Shown here piece after piece: positions 34,753 to 44,217 of a stretch of DNA of 64,000 nt. Every line of letters starts with the position of its first letter. The stretch's first letter is position 1. The stretch covers positions 4,217 through 68,216 of the forward strand of contig JAMCXX010000002.1 of NCBI GenBank assembly GCA_023474425.1, read 5' to 3'. The notes beneath the pieces were generated by a model. That model worked only from the letters and a program-made list of their open reading frames with translations, searched no databases and was not told where the DNA came from. This stretch comes from Patescibacteria group bacterium. Lineage in GTDB: Bacteria; Patescibacteriota; WWE3; JAMCXX01. A program made the position numbers and the translations under genes.

Positions 34753-35157
34753 AAACGAGGAAGCTTGTAAGCCAGGTTCTGTTGTTATGGCGATCATCTC
34801 TCTAGTTTTGATGTTACTCAATAACTCCCCGATTTTACTCGGGATGCCCGCGTCTTTGCCTCTGTGTCGGCGAGTCATAGAAGCGTTCGGCGGTTACAGC
34901 CCCGGGGATTGCCTTAATCCCAACTTTACGTCGGGACGTTTCACCCACTCATCGTGCGGTCTTACAACCGTTTAGACAAATGCTCGTCTCTGTGGCTCTC
35001 AAATCCCGTCAATTCGGAATTTGTCCTCCCGCCGTTTCCGGTAGGAGACACTAGCCATTGCTGGTCGGGCCTTGCGGCCCGTTGGGCTGCCGACGGCTGC
35101 CTGGACTTTCCTCTACCCATAGCTGTAAGCGAAGGGTAGCGATCGCCCATCTTCCTC
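34753..35157 (-). ncRNA. rnpB: RNase P RNA (bacterial type A)
   Basis: The minus strand contains GAGGAAAGUCCAGGC (CR-I) and ACAGAACCUGGCUUA (CR-V). P1 pairs as GAGGAAG...CUUCCUC. The ORFs tracked across this region are spurious. Confidence 0.9.
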
Positions 35158-35241
35158 AATTCTATTTTACCACAAAATCCCGTCCCAACGCGGGCCGTGG
35201 CCGAGCCTTCGAATCAAACCTAATAACTTTAGAAAACCTAT

Positions 35242-36225
35242 TTATTCCGACTTGTAATAGAGATGCTTGAGGACGATTACAATTACCAATGTCACCGGCA
35301 CGGCCAGAAGCGCTCCCACAAAACCGTAGAGCTTGCCGCCAATCAGAATCACCAAAAGAGTTAAGATCGGGTCCAAATCTACCGCCTTCTGCATGACTTT
35401 GGGCACAAAGAGTGTGTTTTCCACCTGCTGAATTAAAATAAACAGAGCCAAAACTCCCAAGCCTAAAATCGGCGAGGCGGCAAAGCCCACCAACACCGCC
35501 GGCACGGCCGAGATAATAGGCCCGATCATGGGAATAATTTCCAGAATGCCGGCAATCACAGAGAGAGGCACGGCATAGTTCACCCGCAAAACCGTTAAGC
35601 CGGCGTAGGTCATAAGCCCGATTAAAAATCCCAAGACCAGCTCGCCCCTTACCCAACTGCCGATTTTCACTTCGGTCTCTTGCAAAATCTGCGACAACTT
35701 TCTGCGTCCTTCCTCTCCACGCACCAGCTTTAAGAGTCTTTCGCGAAAGTGCCCGTACTCCAGGGAAAAATAGAAACTAAAAACAATCACCGTCACCAAA
35801 GAAACCACTGAGGAAAAAACATTAAAAGTAATCTGGAGGATATTTCCGGAAACGCCGGAAAGTTGCCCGGTTAGCCCCGAAATAATTTGCTGACTCATTG
35901 GTTCAATTAACGGGTGTGTAAGAAACCTGTCTAAAAGCTTGGGCAGTTGGGTTAGAAAAAGAGCCGTCTGCTGCGCCAAGGGCGAGAGCCCGTAACCCAG
36001 CAAAAAAAGAATGGCCGTCACAAAAGTTGCGTAAACCAAAAGAGTTGCCAATGTTCGCGAAACCTTGCGTCCGTGGATTTTATCGATCACGGGAACTAGG
36101 GTCATGGAAATTATAAGGGCCACAAAAACCATGAAGATAATATCCTTAATCTGCCAGGCGAGCCAGGCAAAAAACAGTAGGAGGAAAGAAGCTATAACGG
36201 AGCGGGTGGAAACAGAAAAATTCAT
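35242..36225 (-). CDS. AI-2E family transporter (PerM-like)
   Basis: 327-aa polytopic protein with the characteristic C-terminal pattern (IPMIGPIISAVPAVLV). Confidence 0.8.
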   Translation of the reverse strand: MNFSVSTRSVIASFLLLFFAWLAWQIKDIIFMVFVALIISMTLVPVIDKIHGRKVSRTLATLLVYATFVTAILFLLGYGLSPLAQQTALFLTQLPKLLDRFLTHPLIEPMSQQIISGLTGQLSGVSGNILQITFNVFSSVVSLVTVIVFSFYFSLEYGHFRERLLKLVRGEEGRRKLSQILQETEVKIGSWVRGELVLGFLIGLMTYAGLTVLRVNYAVPLSVIAGILEIIPMIGPIISAVPAVLVGFAASPILGLGVLALFILIQQVENTLFVPKVMQKAVDLDPILTLLVILIGGKLYGFVGALLAVPVTLVIVIVLKHLYYKSE

Positions 36226-37190
36226 GCCAAATATAATTCTACCTTAGAGTTAACCTCTTCTACAAATTTCGGTTCCCGAATGTCAAACCATAACGCATCG
36301 GCAAAGTATTTTTTAAAATAAGTTTTTTGACGACGAATGTAGGCATGGGTGTTGAACTTCAGTTTCTGTATCGCCTCCTTTAAAGAAACAGCACCCTCAA
36401 AAAACAGTCTAAATTCGCGGTAGCCGAGCGTCTTCATTCCCGGCGCTTCCCATCCATAACTTTTAACTAACCTCTTAACTTCGTCTACAAGCCCGGCCTC
36501 AATCATTGCGTCAACTCTTCTATCTGCCCTCTCATATAGAAAGCCGTTGCCCGCCGTTAAACTCAGGGTTAGAACGTCACCCTGAACTCGTTTCAGGGTC
36601 TCGTTCTTGGTTATAGATGCTGAACCAAGTTCAGCATGACCAAAAGAAACAGCTATCTCAATCGCCCGAATGAGTCGATATTTGTTCTTCACATCAATCG
36701 TTTGTAATTTGTCTGGATCTAAATGGCGAAGCTTCTCCAAGAGTTCTTCTTTCGATAAGCCTTCCAGTTTATCTCTCAAACTTTGATCGGCGGTCACACC
36801 CGACAATTGCCGTTGGCCTAAAATTACATCCATATAAAACCCCGTTCCCCCTACCAAAAAAGGTATTTTATTTTTTGACCAAATCTCATTTATTTTCTCC
36901 CGTGCCTGAGTTGCGTAATCATAAGCGTTCAAACGTTCTGATGGTAAGGCGAGATCGTATAAATAAGTGTTGATTACGTCTCCCTTTGCTCCCACACACT
37001 GTAGTATGGGAGCGGAAGTATTCGAGGCACCGGTGGTAACCATTTTCCCGGTTCCAATATTCATTTCCTTATATGCTTGCCGGCTATCAACGGAAATTAT
37101 TTCTCCGCCAAATTTTTGGCAGAGGGAAATAGCTAAATCTGTTTTTCCCGAGGCCGTCGGTCCGACAACCGCCACCAATTTTTCCATCAA
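36222..37190 (-). CDS. miaA: tRNA dimethylallyltransferase
   Basis: P-loop GPTASGKT and MiaA-like length and layout. Confidence 0.9.
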   Translation of the reverse strand: MMEKLVAVVGPTASGKTDLAISLCQKFGGEIISVDSRQAYKEMNIGTGKMVTTGASNTSAPILQCVGAKGDVINTYLYDLALPSERLNAYDYATQAREKINEIWSKNKIPFLVGGTGFYMDVILGQRQLSGVTADQSLRDKLEGLSKEELLEKLRHLDPDKLQTIDVKNKYRLIRAIEIAVSFGHAELGSASITKNETLKRVQGDVLTLSLTAGNGFLYERADRRVDAMIEAGLVDEVKRLVKSYGWEAPGMKTLGYREFRLFFEGAVSLKEAIQKLKFNTHAYIRRQKTYFKKYFADALWFDIREPKFVEEVNSKVELYLA

Positions 37191-37256
37191 TTAAGAATAT
37201 CAGATTGAGAAAAAAATAAGGGACGTAAGTTTTTTAACTCACATCCCTAACATGAA

Positions 37257-37487
37257 TCACCAGTGCCCACGGGTCGGTGTGTGACCTGAGCTGATCCTCA
37301 TTGGCGATTCCTTACGGGCCGTGGGCTTTGGGTATTTGCGAAAGGCCCACGACGCGGCGGCGCAGATTACGATAAAGACAGCCAAGATGGGTAACAATCG
37401 CCCGTCACCCAGAACTGTATTAAGCACGGCCGCGACCGTCAGAACCATGGCCAAAGCCATAAGCTGAAAGTTCGGTCTCCGCTTCAT
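37257..37487 (-). CDS. small 2-TM membrane protein
   Basis: 76-aa hydrophobic ORF. Confidence 0.4.
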   Translation of the reverse strand: MKRRPNFQLMALAMVLTVAAVLNTVLGDGRLLPILAVFIVICAAASWAFRKYPKPTARKESPMRISSGHTPTRGHW

Positions 37488-37495
37488 TCATCCTC

Positions 37496-37657
37496 CTAGC
37501 TGCCGGAAGTAATTAGATAAATCACGGCGATCCCGATGCCGATGAGGGAAATGATTCTTCCCCGGGTTTCGAATTTTTTTCCCTGCCATCGGTCTCGAAT
37601 CGAAACACAGGCACCGACGATGACCACACACATTCCCAGCTCAAACAGCCACGGCAT
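37496..37657 (-). CDS. small 2-TM membrane protein
   Basis: Start chosen at MPWLFELG, preceded by AAAGGAGGAG. Confidence 0.4.
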   Translation of the reverse strand: MPWLFELGMCVVIVGACVSIRDRWQGKKFETRGRIISLIGIGIAVIYLITSGS

Positions 37658-37731
37658 TTCTCCTCCTTTCTTGAGACGTATTCTATTGATTATTATAGTA
37701 TTGACTCTTATCAATTGTCAAACCTATAATT

Positions 37732-38904
37732 CTATAATGTTCGGGCGGACGGCGGTTTAGTTTCGTGCCAAGCTTGAGTCAATCGGGCGTGGCGGCGGCG
37801 TTTCTCGGCACGGCTCACATCATCTTTATATAACCTCGCCGAAACCGTACCCTCCCTCGGACTGTACATAGAAATATAGGCAACATTAAACCGGACCCGG
37901 CGGAAAAGGTCTACTGTATTTTCAAAATGCGCCTCTGTTTCCCCCGGAAATCCCACAATAATATCCGTCCCCAACTCAATTTCCGGCACAGCCGTGCGTA
38001 TTTCTTCCACAAGCTCCAAGTAGTCTTCGCGTGTGTGACGCCGGCCCATTTTTTTAAGAACTTCGTTATCCCCGCTCTGCACCGGCAGATGCAGGTATCG
38101 GTCAATTTTTGGAAGTTTTAGAGTCTCCACTAAATCTGACGTAAAGTCAAAAGGGTTCGAAGTAATAAATTTAATCTTTTCAATTCCCTTAATTTCGTGA
38201 ACTTTCCTTAAAAGACCGGCGAAAGGAATTTCCCCGATTCTCTTACGGCTTAAAAGTTTCTTTTCCGGGCTAAGCCCCCAGGAATTTACGTTCTGACCCA
38301 AAAGCATTATCTCGCTGAATCCCCGGCCGGCGGCGTTCCGAACCTCCGAGAGAATAGCCTCTTCGCTGCGGCTTAGTTCTTTACCCCGGGCGTAAGGCAC
38401 CACGCAGAAAGTGCAAAAATTGTCGCAGCCTTGGGAAATGTTTATGTAGGCCGTGCCGTTGTGACCTTCCGATTTGGGTATCCAGCTATCGGCGGACAAA
38501 GCTTTAACGGCCCATTCGTCGACGAAACAGGATTTAAGCAGATAATCTGGCAAGCGGATCAACTCGTTAATATTGAGATAAAAATCAACCCACGGCACGC
38601 GGTTTTCCAAATCCTTCTTTTTGATCCTTGGCCGCGCTGATGTAGCCGACCCCACGAGACACCCCGTCAAAACTACCTTGAAGTTTGGATTTTGTGATTT
38701 TAGATTTGTGATTTTGTGCGAGAGCCCGTAAACTTTGTCCTCCGACGCCTGGCGCACCGAACAGGTGTTGACGATTAAAAGATCGGCCTCCGCCAACGAC
38801 GCCGCCGGCAGCATCCCTAAAACTTCCAGCATTCCCGAGATAACTTCGCTGTCCCGGATATTAGCCTGGCAGCCGTAAGTTGTAATGAAATATTTCTTTT
38901 CCAT
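37732..38904 (-). CDS. miaB: MiaB/RimO-family radical SAM methylthiotransferase
   Basis: N-terminal UPF0004 Cys triad region and radical SAM CDNFCTFC. It ends without an obvious TRAM domain. Confidence 0.8.
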   Translation of the reverse strand: MEKKYFITTYGCQANIRDSEVISGMLEVLGMLPAASLAEADLLIVNTCSVRQASEDKVYGLSHKITNLKSQNPNFKVVLTGCLVGSATSARPRIKKKDLENRVPWVDFYLNINELIRLPDYLLKSCFVDEWAVKALSADSWIPKSEGHNGTAYINISQGCDNFCTFCVVPYARGKELSRSEEAILSEVRNAAGRGFSEIMLLGQNVNSWGLSPEKKLLSRKRIGEIPFAGLLRKVHEIKGIEKIKFITSNPFDFTSDLVETLKLPKIDRYLHLPVQSGDNEVLKKMGRRHTREDYLELVEEIRTAVPEIELGTDIIVGFPGETEAHFENTVDLFRRVRFNVAYISMYSPREGTVSARLYKDDVSRAEKRRRHARLTQAWHETKPPSARTL

Positions 38905-38964
38905 AATCTTAAAGGTAATCCTAACATGGAGCTCACTCTTTTTCGTGTCTTAGGTTCGTGGAAG

Positions 38965-39771
38965 TCAGCTCGAGGCCGAGGAATAAAGACTTAAAGCCCG
39001 GTTCCAAACGTAAAGGGAAAGGCCGAAAAACAGAACCGAGACCGCCACCGAAACGACAATGACCGAAGGGTTCAAAAGTCCAATTAGAGCTTTAACGGGA
39101 AAAGTCACCATAATACCCACCGGCAAGACAAAGGTAATTAAAAAGCGCACCGGCTCGCGGTAAAGGTCAACGGGAACACGGCCCAAAGAACTTAAATCCC
39201 GGTAAATCATTAATGCGTTGTCCACTTCATAAGTGGTAATGGCCAGGGCCAGAACGAAAATGTGAAACCCGGCGGCAAGCATTAAACCGTTGACGATCAG
39301 AATTAAAAAAAGAAAGACTCCGGAGAGGCTAATGGCCGGCAAAAGGGTTAGCGAATAAACAAGAGCGGCGAGTATCGGCCAAAACATAATAAAGTCCAAA
39401 AAATCCGTGTGGGCAAATAGGACCGAAAATAAAGGGTTTATAGGATGGGCCAAAATATAATCCAAGTCCCCTTTTAAAACCAGGGCGCGAAAATAGTATG
39501 TGCCCCGAAGCAGAAGCTGCGAAAGCGTGTCAATGAGGTTGAAGGTTAAATAAAAAACCATAGCCTGGGTTAGGCTGTAGCCGGCAATCTGTTTTTTTCC
39601 GGAAAGAAGAATAAAAAGGAAAGAGCCGAAAAGGACAATTCGCACGGATTTTCCCAAAAGCAAAAAGACGGCGCTTACGCGTTTGGAAACATCGGCCATC
39701 ACGGCATTGGCCGTATTCAAATACCAAATCTTCAAATACTTCTTCATAAATTCTTCGCTCTCAATTGTCAA
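38965..39771 (-). CDS. ABC-2 family (DUF990-like) permease component
   Basis: Six-TM protein paired with a similar upstream gene. Confidence 0.55.
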   Translation of the reverse strand: MTIESEEFMKKYLKIWYLNTANAVMADVSKRVSAVFLLLGKSVRIVLFGSFLFILLSGKKQIAGYSLTQAMVFYLTFNLIDTLSQLLLRGTYYFRALVLKGDLDYILAHPINPLFSVLFAHTDFLDFIMFWPILAALVYSLTLLPAISLSGVFLFLILIVNGLMLAAGFHIFVLALAITTYEVDNALMIYRDLSSLGRVPVDLYREPVRFLITFVLPVGIMVTFPVKALIGLLNPSVIVVSVAVSVLFFGLSLYVWNRALSLYSSASS

Positions 39772-39783
39772 TTTTCAATTGGA

Positions 39784-40635
39784 CTATCTTCCCCAAGCCT
39801 CGTAAACTTTTAATCCCGCCTGCCAAATTAGTCCCGAAAACCGCCAAAGTGCCAAAAGCCAAAAAACGCCCACGAGGCTGTAGCCAAGAAGTTCCAAACC
39901 CCAAAACCGTCCTAAGTAAACGGCAATGGGAAAATACAAAAAATAGGGAAAAGGGGTCAGCATTAAGAACTTAAAAACAATTTTGGGCAGAATATCCAGC
40001 GGAAAAAGCGCCCCGGCCAAAAAATCTAGAATCATAAAAAAGAGAAAGCGCGGCGCCCAAACGTTTTCCGGCGTGTAAAAAGCCAGAAACCCTAAAATAA
40101 GGTTCACATAATAATAAATAAAAGCGGCTAAAATAAGGAGCAAGGCAGAAACCACCAAAACAAAAATATGGTACTGTCCGTAAAGCGGCGGCTTAAAAAA
40201 ATAGATAAAAACCGAAAATTCGATGACGGAGAAAAATAGATTCATAGCCTTGTTGCCCAAATCCTGGGCAAAATAATAACGGAAATAATTAACGGGCTTT
40301 AGAAGAATATTGGTAATATCGCCGCTGCTAATATCGCTGCTTACATCAATCGTCCGCGAAGAAAAAACCACGGCCCGGATCATCATGGTCAAAAGCACGT
40401 AGCTTAAAAGAAGAGATTTGGAATAATCGGCAAATCCCCCCGGGCTTACAAGAATAGCCGCCCAAAGAATGTAGACAACCAGAACCTGCATTACATTACG
40501 CACCCGCCAGGCCAAAACGCTCGTCGAATAAACGGTATCTTCCTTTAGGGCGATTACTAAACCGGCCCAATATTTCTTCATAAGAATATAAACATTATAA
40601 TCGTTATAACTCGAATACCACGCAAAAACCCCCAC
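39784..40635 (-). CDS. ABC-2 family (DUF990-like) permease component
   Basis: Six-TM protein. No adjacent ATPase gene. Confidence 0.55.
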   Translation of the reverse strand: MGVFAWYSSYNDYNVYILMKKYWAGLVIALKEDTVYSTSVLAWRVRNVMQVLVVYILWAAILVSPGGFADYSKSLLLSYVLLTMMIRAVVFSSRTIDVSSDISSGDITNILLKPVNYFRYYFAQDLGNKAMNLFFSVIEFSVFIYFFKPPLYGQYHIFVLVVSALLLILAAFIYYYVNLILGFLAFYTPENVWAPRFLFFMILDFLAGALFPLDILPKIVFKFLMLTPFPYFLYFPIAVYLGRFWGLELLGYSLVGVFWLLALWRFSGLIWQAGLKVYEAWGR

Positions 40636-40679
40636 CGGGGGTTTTGTGCGTTCCTGACTGTGTTTTCTACAGCAAGGAA

Positions 40680-40958
40680 TTACTTGACCGCATCTTTAAG
40701 ACCCTTACCAGCTTTGAAAGCCGGGCTCTTGGAGGCGGCGATGTGCAGAGGCGCTCCGGTTTGAGGGTTGCGACCCATGCGGGCGGCTCTCTGACGGACT
40801 TCAAAGGTTCCAAACCCGGTAATGGTCACTTTCTCACCCTTCGCCAGGGCGGACTCAATGCTGCTAAGGACGGTTTCGAGAGCACGACCGGCATCGGCTT
40901 TGGTTAAACCAACTTTTCCGGCAACGGCCTCGATTAAATCCATTTTAGTCATTTGCAA
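40680..40958 (-). CDS. hup: DNA-binding protein HU
   Basis: [11 protein letters not shown]...[21 protein letters not shown] is typical of the HU/IHF family. Confidence 0.9.
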   Translation of the reverse strand: MQMTKMDLIEAVAGKVGLTKADAGRALETVLSSIESALAKGEKVTITGFGTFEVRQRAARMGRNPQTGAPLHIAASKSPAFKAGKGLKDAVK

Positions 40959-41079
40959 TCACCACCTTCCATAAACTCAAGGAAAACTTACCATGAACTT
41001 CCTCCACGAACCGGCTCGAACTGACTATTTACTGTTCGGTTCGTGTTATTTCGTGAAGAGCGTTCGTGGAATGGTTTCC

Positions 41080-41874
41080 TTATTCCTCAATCGTCCGATC
41101 CACCCGCTCGATTGAGCGGGACTTCCCTGTCTTCTCGTCTACTTCAACCAAGACACTGTTAAAAACACTGCGCCCTTTCTCTACCCACTCAAAGTTTCTA
41201 CGGCTGTCTCCTAAAAATCGTTCGAGAATTATTTCCCTTTTTACTCCCAAAACCCCCTCGCTGCTGCCGGTCATGCCTAAATCGGTGACGAAGGCCGTAC
41301 CTTTGGGAAGTATTCGAACATCGGTCGTAGGCACGTGAGTATGAGTCCCCACAAGAGCAGCAACCCTCCCGTCTAAAAACCAGCCGAGGGCAACTTTTTC
41401 GCTGGTGGCTTCGGCGTGGAAGTCAACCAGAACGGAAGTTTTATTGTCGGCTAGTTCCTTTAGAAAACCTTCCATAAAAACAAATGGGTTTTTTGCCTTC
41501 TCTTTTATAAACGTGCTGGCGGTGCCCAAAAGCGAAATCACCAAAAAAGACCGCTTGCCGACGGTCTTTCTTATGAACCCATAGCCGGGATATTCGCTGA
41601 GTAAATTCGCGCAACGAAGAACAGGCAAGTCCGTGATATGGTTAACAAAATCTTTTCTCCAGAATGTATGGTCGCCGCCGGTAAATAAGTCAACTCCATA
41701 GCTTATAACCTCCTCAACCGTCTCCTTGGTAAGACCCCTTCCCCCGGCCAGGTTCTCGCCATTGGCGATACAAAGGTCTATCTTACGCCTTTTTTTCAAG
41801 CTTGGCAAGATTTCCTTAATGGTGGCACGCCCCAAACGACCAACAATATCTCCGATAAAAAGAACCCGAACCAT
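41080..41874 (-). CDS. ymdB: YmdB-family metallophosphoesterase (2',3'-cyclic-nucleotide phosphodiesterase)
   Basis: GDIVGR, NGEN and GDH motifs, and a conserved position after rny. Confidence 0.85.
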   Translation of the reverse strand: MVRVLFIGDIVGRLGRATIKEILPSLKKRRKIDLCIANGENLAGGRGLTKETVEEVISYGVDLFTGGDHTFWRKDFVNHITDLPVLRCANLLSEYPGYGFIRKTVGKRSFLVISLLGTASTFIKEKAKNPFVFMEGFLKELADNKTSVLVDFHAEATSEKVALGWFLDGRVAALVGTHTHVPTTDVRILPKGTAFVTDLGMTGSSEGVLGVKREIILERFLGDSRRNFEWVEKGRSVFNSVLVEVDEKTGKSRSIERVDRTIEE

Positions 41875-41969
41875 AAAAAAACTCTTGAATCAAGAATTAC
41901 GAATCAGGAATCAAGGAAGAGCGGGGTAAAGGTCGCTTGCCCTTAATTCTTGATTCTAACCCCATGATT

Positions 41970-43499
41970 CTATTTTGCGATCCCTGAGGCCCGGGTTTCC
42001 CGGATGACGGTCACTTTTACCTGACCGGGATAAGTCTGCTCCTTTTCGATTTTTTGGGCAATGTCGTGGGCCAGCTTGACCGAAGCGGCGTCATCAACTT
42101 CTAAAGGTTCCGCGATGACCCGCACCTCGCGCCCGGCGGAAATGGCATAAGCGGACTTAACTCCCTTAAACGAAAGAGCGGCTTTCTCCAAATCGGTCAT
42201 CCGGCGCACGTAGGCCTCAATATCCTCAACCCGAGCCCCTGGGCGGGCGCCGGAGATAGCATCGGCCACGTAGACCAAAACCGATTCCACCGAAGAAAAA
42301 GGCTTGTCTTCGTGGTGTTCGGCCACGGCGTCAACAACTTTTGGCGCAAATTTAAAGCGGCGCAGAAGATCCGCCCCCAACTGCACGTGGGTACCTTCAT
42401 CCTCGGTAATCACTTTACCAATGTCGTGCAAAAGACAGCCGAGGCGCACCACCTCCACATCGGCTCCCACTTCGTGAGCTAAACTCAAACCGATTTTAGT
42501 TTCCTCCAGGGTGTGGGCAATCATATTTTGCCCGTAAGAAAATCGATATTTAAACCGACCCAAGAGGTCAATAATCTCCAAGGGCAGGGAAAAAGCGCCG
42601 ACCTCATGAGCCAGTTTCTCGCCCGCTTCGTGCATCAGCCGCTCAATGTCTTTCTTTGTTTTGTCCACAATTTCCTCGATTCGGGCCGGCTGAATGCGGC
42701 CGTCGGCAACCAGCTTCTCCAGTGAAACTCGGGCAATCTCGCGGCGCACCGGGTCAAAGCAGGAAATCCGGATTTCCCTAGGTTCATCCAAATCTACATC
42801 TACACCGGTAATCAACTCAAAACTGCGGATGTTGCGCCCGTCCTTGCCGATAATCCGTCCTTTAATTTCTTCGTCAGGCAGCTTGACCACCGAAACTGTG
42901 TATTCGGCCACATAATCAGTGGCGCCGTGACGCATGGCTTCGACAAGAATTTCTTTGGCTCGCCGACCCGACTCTTCTCGGATTTTCTCTTCTGCTTGGC
43001 GGATTCTTTTGGCAACCTCCTCGTTTAAGTCTTTTTCCACATTTTCGAGAATCTGCCGGCGCGCTTCATCTTTGGTAAGCAGGGACAGCTTGGCCAGCGC
43101 TTCGGTTTGTTCTGCCCGAACCGCTTCAATTTCCTTTTCCCTCTCGGCGGCGCGCTTTAGAGAGTTTTCTATATCCTTTTCCCGGATTTGAGTTTCCTGA
43201 AGTTTACGGGCTAATTCCTCACGCTCGGTTCTTACTTGCCGGACATCCTGCTCGGCTTCACGGCGGATTCGGGAAGCGTCAGTCTGGGCCCGGCGCAAAA
43301 TTTCTTGGGCAGATTCGCGGGAAACGTTGATTTGACCGAAAGTCGGGGCCGGCGGAGCGGAAGACGGAGGACGCGTGTCTACAAGTTTTCCTTTAAGCTC
43401 CTTGAGCCGCTGTTCAAGCTCATTATTTTTCTTTACCTGCCAGTAGAAAATTGGAATTAAAACTAGAAGCGGCAGAGCAAAGCCGATGAGAAGTTCCAT
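41970..43499 (-). CDS. rny: ribonuclease Y
   Basis: N-terminal TM segment, coiled coil, KH domain (IIGKDGRNIR) and HD domain (LLHDIGK). Confidence 0.92.
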   Translation of the reverse strand: MELLIGFALPLLVLIPIFYWQVKKNNELEQRLKELKGKLVDTRPPSSAPPAPTFGQINVSRESAQEILRRAQTDASRIRREAEQDVRQVRTEREELARKLQETQIREKDIENSLKRAAEREKEIEAVRAEQTEALAKLSLLTKDEARRQILENVEKDLNEEVAKRIRQAEEKIREESGRRAKEILVEAMRHGATDYVAEYTVSVVKLPDEEIKGRIIGKDGRNIRSFELITGVDVDLDEPREIRISCFDPVRREIARVSLEKLVADGRIQPARIEEIVDKTKKDIERLMHEAGEKLAHEVGAFSLPLEIIDLLGRFKYRFSYGQNMIAHTLEETKIGLSLAHEVGADVEVVRLGCLLHDIGKVITEDEGTHVQLGADLLRRFKFAPKVVDAVAEHHEDKPFSSVESVLVYVADAISGARPGARVEDIEAYVRRMTDLEKAALSFKGVKSAYAISAGREVRVIAEPLEVDDAASVKLAHDIAQKIEKEQTYPGQVKVTVIRETRASGIAK

Positions 43500-43545
43500 A
43501 AATTTTAGATAAAATAATACAATACATAGCCTACAAAAAGCGATT

Positions 43546-44208
43546 TTACGCTCTTTTTAAATAGTCGGCAACCGCCTCTTTCGCTTCCTCATAGTCAAAA
43601 CCGCGTCGCAGAAGAAGCTCAAGAAGTTTCTGCCGGAACTTTGGGTATTCAACTCCTTTTATCCGCCGGGCTTTCTTGGCAAGAATCGAACTAAGGAGGC
43701 CGCTCCTGTCTGATTTCTTTTGGCGGCGATAAATTCTTTCGGCCTCTTCCCGGCTCACTCCCTTGCCCAAAAGTTCTTTTTTTATTAAAGCCGGGCCGCG
43801 GGCCTTAAGGCCCTGCGAGCGCTGTTCGGAGAGCCAGCGGGCAAACTCCTTATCGTTCAGTAAACCCAAAAACTCCAGCTTCTCGATAATTCTTTTTTTA
43901 ATACTTAGATTCGTACCGCCACGCCCCTTAGCCCCTAAAAGTTTGTAAAGCTTTTGGTCAAGATTTTTCTCAACTTCTTTTTTGGAACGGGGACGGTAGG
44001 AAAGGAAGTTAAAAGCGGAAGCAAGCAGGCGGTTAAAAAGATACTCGTCCTTTATGGATTTAATCTCTCCCTCGTTAAGATTTAGACCTTCCTTAAGGTG
44101 AAATTTAACCAGATTTTCGGCGTCCAAGCCAAAGGCAAACTTGCCGTCAATAAAAATATTGAAAATTCCCTTGCGCTTCTGTGGGGTTATTTGGGTAATT
44201 TGCGGCAT
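43546..44208 (-). CDS. recX: recombination regulator RecX
   Basis: Three-repeat helical protein directly downstream of recA. Confidence 0.8.
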   Translation of the reverse strand: MPQITQITPQKRKGIFNIFIDGKFAFGLDAENLVKFHLKEGLNLNEGEIKSIKDEYLFNRLLASAFNFLSYRPRSKKEVEKNLDQKLYKLLGAKGRGGTNLSIKKRIIEKLEFLGLLNDKEFARWLSEQRSQGLKARGPALIKKELLGKGVSREEAERIYRRQKKSDRSGLLSSILAKKARRIKGVEYPKFRQKLLELLLRRGFDYEEAKEAVADYLKRA

Positions 44209-44217
44209 GAAGCTATT

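Noticed and set aside
34573-35159. Four tracked ORFs (34573-34878 minus, 34787-34975 plus, 34954-35139 plus, 34962-35159 minus).
   Set aside because: They overlap the RNase P RNA gene (CR-I GAGGAAAGUCC and CR-V ACAGAACCUGGCUUA on the minus strand) and repeat copy C. They have no SD sequences or protein-like features.
35162-35656. 164-aa ORF on the minus strand.
   Set aside because: It lies in an alternative frame largely inside the AI-2E transporter gene (35242-36225). Its composition (Gly/Arg/Cys-rich) is typical of an off-frame translation.
36976-37001. Hairpin GCTCCCACACACTGTAGTATGGGAGC inside miaA, resembling GCTCCCATACACTGTAGCGTGGAAGC at about 62352-62377.
   Set aside because: There are only two copies, they are short (26 nt, 4 mismatches), and one is within conserved coding sequence. 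Chance similarity cannot be excluded, so it is mentioned only as context under the adk synteny finding.
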